From the IMG/VR virus record IMGVR_UViG_3300042564_002063: a DNA stretch of 20,000 nt. One strand, 5' to 3'. Source of the DNA: an uncultured virus (IMG/VR IMGVR_UViG_3300042564_002063). Its lineage: Duplodnaviria > Heunggongvirae > Uroviricota > Caudoviricetes. This document shows, one piece after another, positions 16,592 to 20,000 of the stretch (the stretch's first letter is position 1; each line of letters starts with the position of its first letter). The notes under the pieces are model-generated. The model worked only from the letters and a program-made list of their open reading frames with translations, was not told the origin of the DNA and ran no database searches. The translations under genes were made by a program, and so were the position numbers.

Positions 16592-17350
16592 CTAGAACGG
16601 TCCACCAACGCCACCAAGGAAGTATGGTGGGAAGTAAGGTGGGAAGTATGGTCCAAACGCTGGGAAGAATGGGAAGAACGGTGGGAAGTACGGGAAGCTT
16701 GGTGGGAAAAACGGTGGGAAGAATGGTGGGAAGAACGGAGAAATAGTTGTTACGCTATTAGAATTAGCAGAGTATTCACCAACGCCATTTGAATTTTCAG
16801 CACGGATCTGGTATGTCTGAGCTGTGCCACCTTCCTGGGTAATGTTAGTTGTGCTAGCAGGAGCATTTACTGTACCAGTCTTGCTGTCAGATGATGTCCA
16901 GCGATATAGCGTAATTGCCTTACCACCAGTTGCTGGAGCAGTCCAGTCAAGCTTGTCTTGATTAGTCTGAGCAGTAGCTGTTGGAGCTGACATGGTTGCA
17001 GGAACTGTTGTAGCTGTAACAGTAGTGGTAGACGATGCTGGAGATGTTCCAGCTGAATTTGTAGCAGTTACGCTAATTGTGTAAGTAACATTAGAAGCAA
17101 GGCTTTCTACAACAATAGGAGACGACGATCCCGTTGCAGTTCTAGTTGTCTGACCAGCTGCTGTAGCTGTAACGGTAAAGGATGTGGCTGCTGGTGATAG
17201 TGCTGGGAGTTCAAAAGCTACGCTAGCTGCTCCGTTATTAAATGCTCTATTTGTACCTACGTCAGTAGCAACTACGTTAATAGGTGCTAGAGGCTCTAGA
17301 AAGTCATTTGATGCTTGAGACTTTCTACCTGTTCTTTTTCCAGCTGCCAT
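16592..17350 (-). CDS. Fibronectin type III domain protein (two Fn3 domains) with a C-terminal Pro/Phe/Tyr repeat tail (252 aa)
   Basis: Fn3 patterns 'PLAPINVVAT ... LASNVTYTISVTATNSAGTSPAS' and 'VPATMSAPTA ... LDWTAPATGG..IT.Y ... YQIRAENSNGVGEYS'. SD AAGGAAGG. It follows the tail fibre gene. Confidence 0.85.
   Translation of the reverse strand: MAAGKRTGRKSQASNDFLEPLAPINVVATDVGTNRAFNNGAASVAFELPALSPAATSFTVTATAAGQTTRTATGSSSPIVVESLASNVTYTISVTATNSAGTSPASSTTTVTATTVPATMSAPTATAQTNQDKLDWTAPATGGKAITLYRWTSSDSKTGTVNAPASTTNITQEGGTAQTYQIRAENSNGVGEYSANSNSVTTISPFFPPFFPPFFPPSFPYFPPFFPFFPAFGPYFPPYFPPYFLGGVGGPF
16595..16738 (-). repeat. Degenerate 12-bp/9-bp coding repeat giving (P)P[F/Y]F units
   Basis: Encodes PFFPPFFPPFFPPSFPYFPPFFPFFPAFGPYFPPYFPPYFLGGVGGPF: 18 P, 17 F and 4 Y in 48 aa. 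The + strand shows recurring 'gggaag'. Confidence 0.95.
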
Positions 17351-17369
17351 GTTATGTGCCTTCCTTTAA

Positions 17370-19106
17370 TTATGCCGTTAGGTCGCCGTAGACCAACCAA
17401 GTGTTTTCTGCTCGCTTTAGAAGTGTTGCAGAAGACCACTGGGTCCTTAGCTTAAGTCCTGGAGTTGCATTGACTGTAACTCCACCTGCACCTGCAATTG
17501 TAACCTGACCAGTTCCAGTCTGAATAATATCAATAGTTGTTCCTACTGGGTAGGCTACTGAAGAATTTGTTGGAATAGTCAAGGTGGTTGCAGAAGACTT
17601 GCTAATCTCAACAATTGTATCACGTTCATTTAGATTAGAAAGTGTGTATGAGTCTGTCTTTTCAGCTATAGTAGTAATCGATGGAACACCCTGCTTTGTT
17701 TGAGTGCCGTCTGAGAATACGACACCAGTTGCCTCTAGGTTTCCAACAACAAGTGTTTCTCTTGTGGCGTTTGTGACATCTACTACGTTTGAAACTGGGT
17801 GTGGGACATTAGAAATAAGCTTCCACTTCTTTCCATCGCTTACGTCACGGAAGAATCCAGAGTGAAGGTGGCTTCCCTCAGTTCCTCCAACTACTCCAGT
17901 TGCTGCCAAGAAACCTACGTCTAGAACATCTTCATCGTATTGTCCAGATGCTAGGTAAATTAGTGGGTCTGACACAGATAGATCTGTTACATCTATGGTA
18001 GTAGTTGTTCCAGAGACCGTAAGGTTTCCTTCGACTATTAAGTTTGTCTCTACAGTTACATCACCAGTAAATGTTGCACCAGCAAGCGATGCCTTTGCAT
18101 CCAGTGCAGTCTGAGTTGCTGCAGAAACTGGCTTGTTAGCGTCAGAGGTATTGTCAACGTTACCAAGACCTACGTGTGACTTAGTTACACCAGCAACGGT
18201 ACCTGTAAAGGTAGGGTCAGCCGTAGGTGCCTTAGCATCTAGCTGAGTCTGAATAGCAGAAGTGACACCATTTACATATCCAAGCTCAGTAGACGAGACA
18301 TCTCCGACAGAGGTAGTGCTTGGAAGAACTACGGTTCCTGTAAAGGTTGGTCCACTTAGTGGTGCATATGTAGATGATGCAGTAGCAGATGCAAGCTTGG
18401 CATCTAGCTGACCTTGAATTCCAGAAGTTACGCCATTCACATATCCAAGTTCTGTAGAAGAAACATCACCAATTGATGTACTTGTTGGCAATACTACGGT
18501 TCCAGTAAAAGTAGGATTAGAGGTTGGAGCCTTGTCATCTAGCTCGCTTTGAATGCTTACGTCAGCTGCAGCTAGGTCATCTAGTTGCCCCTGGATAGAT
18601 GCTGTAGCACCAGACAGGTACTCGGCTTCTGTTACCGTAAGGCTTCCAATTCTAGCTGTAATGCCTGATGAAATAGAAGAGTTCATTTCCGAGGCATTGA
18701 CTAGATAGGATGTGCTGCTCCATGCGTCAGTGCCATTTCCAATCTTAAACTTTCCTGTGGTTGTGTCATATGCCAAGGTTCCTGCTGCAATAGCAGATGT
18801 ATCTGCATTCCACTGAGTAGTTGTCTTCTTAGCAATAGGAACAACCTTAGATGCGAAGTTTGGGTCATCGTTAATTGCTGCAGCTAGCTCATTTAGAGTA
18901 TTTAGAAGATCTGGTGCACCGTCAATAATGGATAGGAGCTCGGATGAGCTAGTGAAGTAGTCAAGATCGTCCCAGTGATTGATTCCATCACCAATCTTAA
19001 ACTTGTTGCTATCAGTTTCAAAACCGATTTCACCAGCTGCTAGGATAGGGTTGGCAGTAGCCCACTGAGAAGCTGTTCCTCTACGTTGCTGCATTCTTGT
19101 TGCCAT
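17370..19106 (-). CDS. Tail fibre protein with two Mtd_N-like domains and internal repeats (578 aa)
   Basis: 'MQQRRGTASQW...NPILAAGEIGFETD..KFKIGDG..HW..L.Y' is Mtd N-terminal-like, with a second copy 'GTLAYDTTTGKFKIGNG'. Fibre motifs 'APDLLNTLNELAAAINDDPNFA' and 'VGLGNVDNTSDANKPVS' are present. Confidence 0.85.
   Translation of the reverse strand: MATRMQQRRGTASQWATANPILAAGEIGFETDSNKFKIGDGINHWDDLDYFTSSSELLSIIDGAPDLLNTLNELAAAINDDPNFASKVVPIAKKTTTQWNADTSAIAAGTLAYDTTTGKFKIGNGTDAWSSTSYLVNASEMNSSISSGITARIGSLTVTEAEYLSGATASIQGQLDDLAAADVSIQSELDDKAPTSNPTFTGTVVLPTSTSIGDVSSTELGYVNGVTSGIQGQLDAKLASATASSTYAPLSGPTFTGTVVLPSTTSVGDVSSTELGYVNGVTSAIQTQLDAKAPTADPTFTGTVAGVTKSHVGLGNVDNTSDANKPVSAATQTALDAKASLAGATFTGDVTVETNLIVEGNLTVSGTTTTIDVTDLSVSDPLIYLASGQYDEDVLDVGFLAATGVVGGTEGSHLHSGFFRDVSDGKKWKLISNVPHPVSNVVDVTNATRETLVVGNLEATGVVFSDGTQTKQGVPSITTIAEKTDSYTLSNLNERDTIVEISKSSATTLTIPTNSSVAYPVGTTIDIIQTGTGQVTIAGAGGVTVNATPGLKLRTQWSSATLLKRAENTWLVYGDLTA
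18195..18530 (-). repeat. Internal fibre repeats: two 45-aa units plus a partial third
   Basis: AP...PTFTGTVVLP..TS.GDVSSTELGYVNGVTS.IQ.QLDAK begins at 18530 and 18365, and 'APTADPTFTGTV' begins at 18230. Confidence 0.9.
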
Positions 19107-19155
19107 AGTATTTTATCTCCTAATATCGGGTTTTGGCCCTCAATACTCATTTCTA

Positions 19156-19164
19156 ATTATAACA
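19156..19164 (-). promoter_or_regulatory. Extended -10 promoter TGTTATAAT upstream of the tail fibre gene
   Basis: Exact motif in the intergenic gap. SD AGGAG at about 19121-19117 precedes ATG 19106. Confidence 0.65.
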
Positions 19165-19178
19165 TTCGTTTTGAATGT

Positions 19179-19628
19179 CTAATTAAAGTTATCTATTGCT
19201 ATTCCACCATTCCAGGTCATTGCCCATTCATTTAGGTTATAATAGCCTGCATCTGTAACAGATACAAAATCTCCATCGTAGAATCCACCATCTTGGAAAA
19301 TACTAACAATAAGTCCATCTCCACCGATTGAAGTATCGTGAATGTGCTGAGGTAGATTGATAACATCGTTGTATGTTGCCAATACAATCCACTCATCATT
19401 AAAATAAATATTCATTCTAGAGTTAGTTGTATTAAACCATTGCATTCCAATAGTTGGATCCTCTGGTGCTGTATCTTGAATTATTACTAGTCTAGAATCT
19501 ACATAGGACTTAGTTACTGCATGTGTTGATTCTGTTGGTTCAGCGACTACAACAGTGCCTCCAAAGCTACCGCCGTCTGTAACGATCAGCCCATTCTTGA
19601 CTTTGAAGTCTTTTTCTGACACAGCCAT
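19179..19628 (-). CDS. Small fibre-associated virion protein (149 aa)
   Basis: 'DFKVKNGL.V', 'PTESTHAVTKSYVD' and 'AP..P..GMQWFNT....MNIY....W' are motifs typical of phage fibre proteins. SD AGGAG upstream. Confidence 0.65.
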   Translation of the reverse strand: MAVSEKDFKVKNGLIVTDGGSFGGTVVVAEPTESTHAVTKSYVDSRLVIIQDTAPEDPTIGMQWFNTTNSRMNIYFNDEWIVLATYNDVINLPQHIHDTSIGGDGLIVSIFQDGGFYDGDFVSVTDAGYYNLNEWAMTWNGGIAIDNFN

Positions 19629-19655
19629 TCAATTCTCCTAATTAAAACTTGTGGG

Positions 19656-19682
19656 TGGTGGGGTTTTTGAGGAACCCCACCA
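19656..19682 (-). terminator. 10-bp stem hairpin after the partial fibre gene, possible terminator
   Basis: TGGTGGGGTT (19656-19665), 7-nt loop, AACCCCACCA (19673-19682), starting 16 nt after the stop at 19699. Confidence 0.6.
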
Positions 19683-19698
19683 GAAAACCTTTGTTTAA

Positions 19699-20000
19699 TT
19701 ACGCTAGCAGTGTACCAACTACAGTAACTGTAGAGCTGTTGTTAGCGGTTGTTACTAGTAGCTGTACGTCTGTACCGCTGATTCCTGCAGAAATAGTAGA
19801 TGCTGAACCGTTAGTTCCAACAATACCATATTCTGTAATTGCAATATTTTCAGAATCATCTAGGGTCAAAAGGACCTTTGAAATTTCTGTGTGTGTTCCA
19901 TAAGCAACCTTCACAAGGAATTCAGCTGAGCGATAGTCTGCGTGTGCCCAGGCGTAAGCTGTCTGCACACCAGCAGTTGGTGCTGATAGAGTAGCTGCAA
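19699..20000 (-). CDS. 3' end of a virion/fibre protein entering from the right edge
   Basis: The frame is open past GTG 19968 to the edge (..AATLSAPTAGVQTAYAW..). 'YRSAEFLVKV ... TEISKVLL ... ITEYGIV' resembles a beta-domain seen at the ends of aquatic phage virion proteins. Confidence 0.7.
   Translation of the reverse strand, partial: AATLSAPTAGVQTAYAWAHADYRSAEFLVKVAYGTHTEISKVLLTLDDSENIAITEYGIVGTNGSASTISAGISGTDVQLLVTTANNSSTVTVVGTLLA

Noticed and set aside
16595..16738. Repeat region as a CRISPR array or non-coding tandem repeat
   Set aside because: There are no spacers, the units are 9-12 bp, and they lie in frame within a CDS with synonymous variation.
17370..19106. Diversity-generating retroelement suggested by the Mtd_N-like domains
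   Set aside because: There is no reverse transcriptase in the window and no template/variable repeat pair differing at adenines. Mtd_N is only a structural N-terminal module.
19040..19150. Possible leaderless upstream ORF from ATG 19150, 5 nt after the -10 box, overlapping the fibre start out of frame
   Set aside because: The spacing is short, the peptide is featureless, and the fibre gene has its own SD. It cannot be supported without expression data.
806..19903. Plus-strand ORFs in the track (e.g. 806-1114, 2162-2614, 3069-3404, 3851-4327, 9864-10181, 19649-19903)
   Set aside because: They are antisense shadows of well-supported minus-strand genes, with no recognisable motifs.

Overview
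All credible genes lie on the minus strand. The window is the virion morphogenesis region of a tailed dsDNA phage (Caudoviricetes). In transcription order (right to left) it holds: a partial fibre-type protein, a small fibre-associated protein, a 578-aa tail fibre with two Mtd_N-like domains, and a two-Fn3-domain protein ending in a 48-aa Pro/Phe/Tyr repeat tail (PFFPPFFPP...). Next come eight consecutive putative modifying enzymes (six prolyl-4-hydroxylase-like 2OG-Fe(II) oxygenases and two DUF6065-like proteins), a 1232-aa LamG/ConA-like protein, a small hypothetical, portal, prohead protease with a nested scaffold, HK97-fold major capsid protein and head-tail joining genes. Most intergenic gaps carry an extended -10 motif (TGnTAnAnT), several only 6-7 nt before the ATG, which suggests leaderless mRNAs and possibly an actinobacterial host (inference). 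The best candidate for an undescribed system is the Pro/Phe-repeat Fn3 protein beside the hydroxylase/DUF6065 battery, a possible substrate-plus-tailoring-enzyme locus for modifying the virion surface. All family calls come from motif recognition by eye, with no database searches run.
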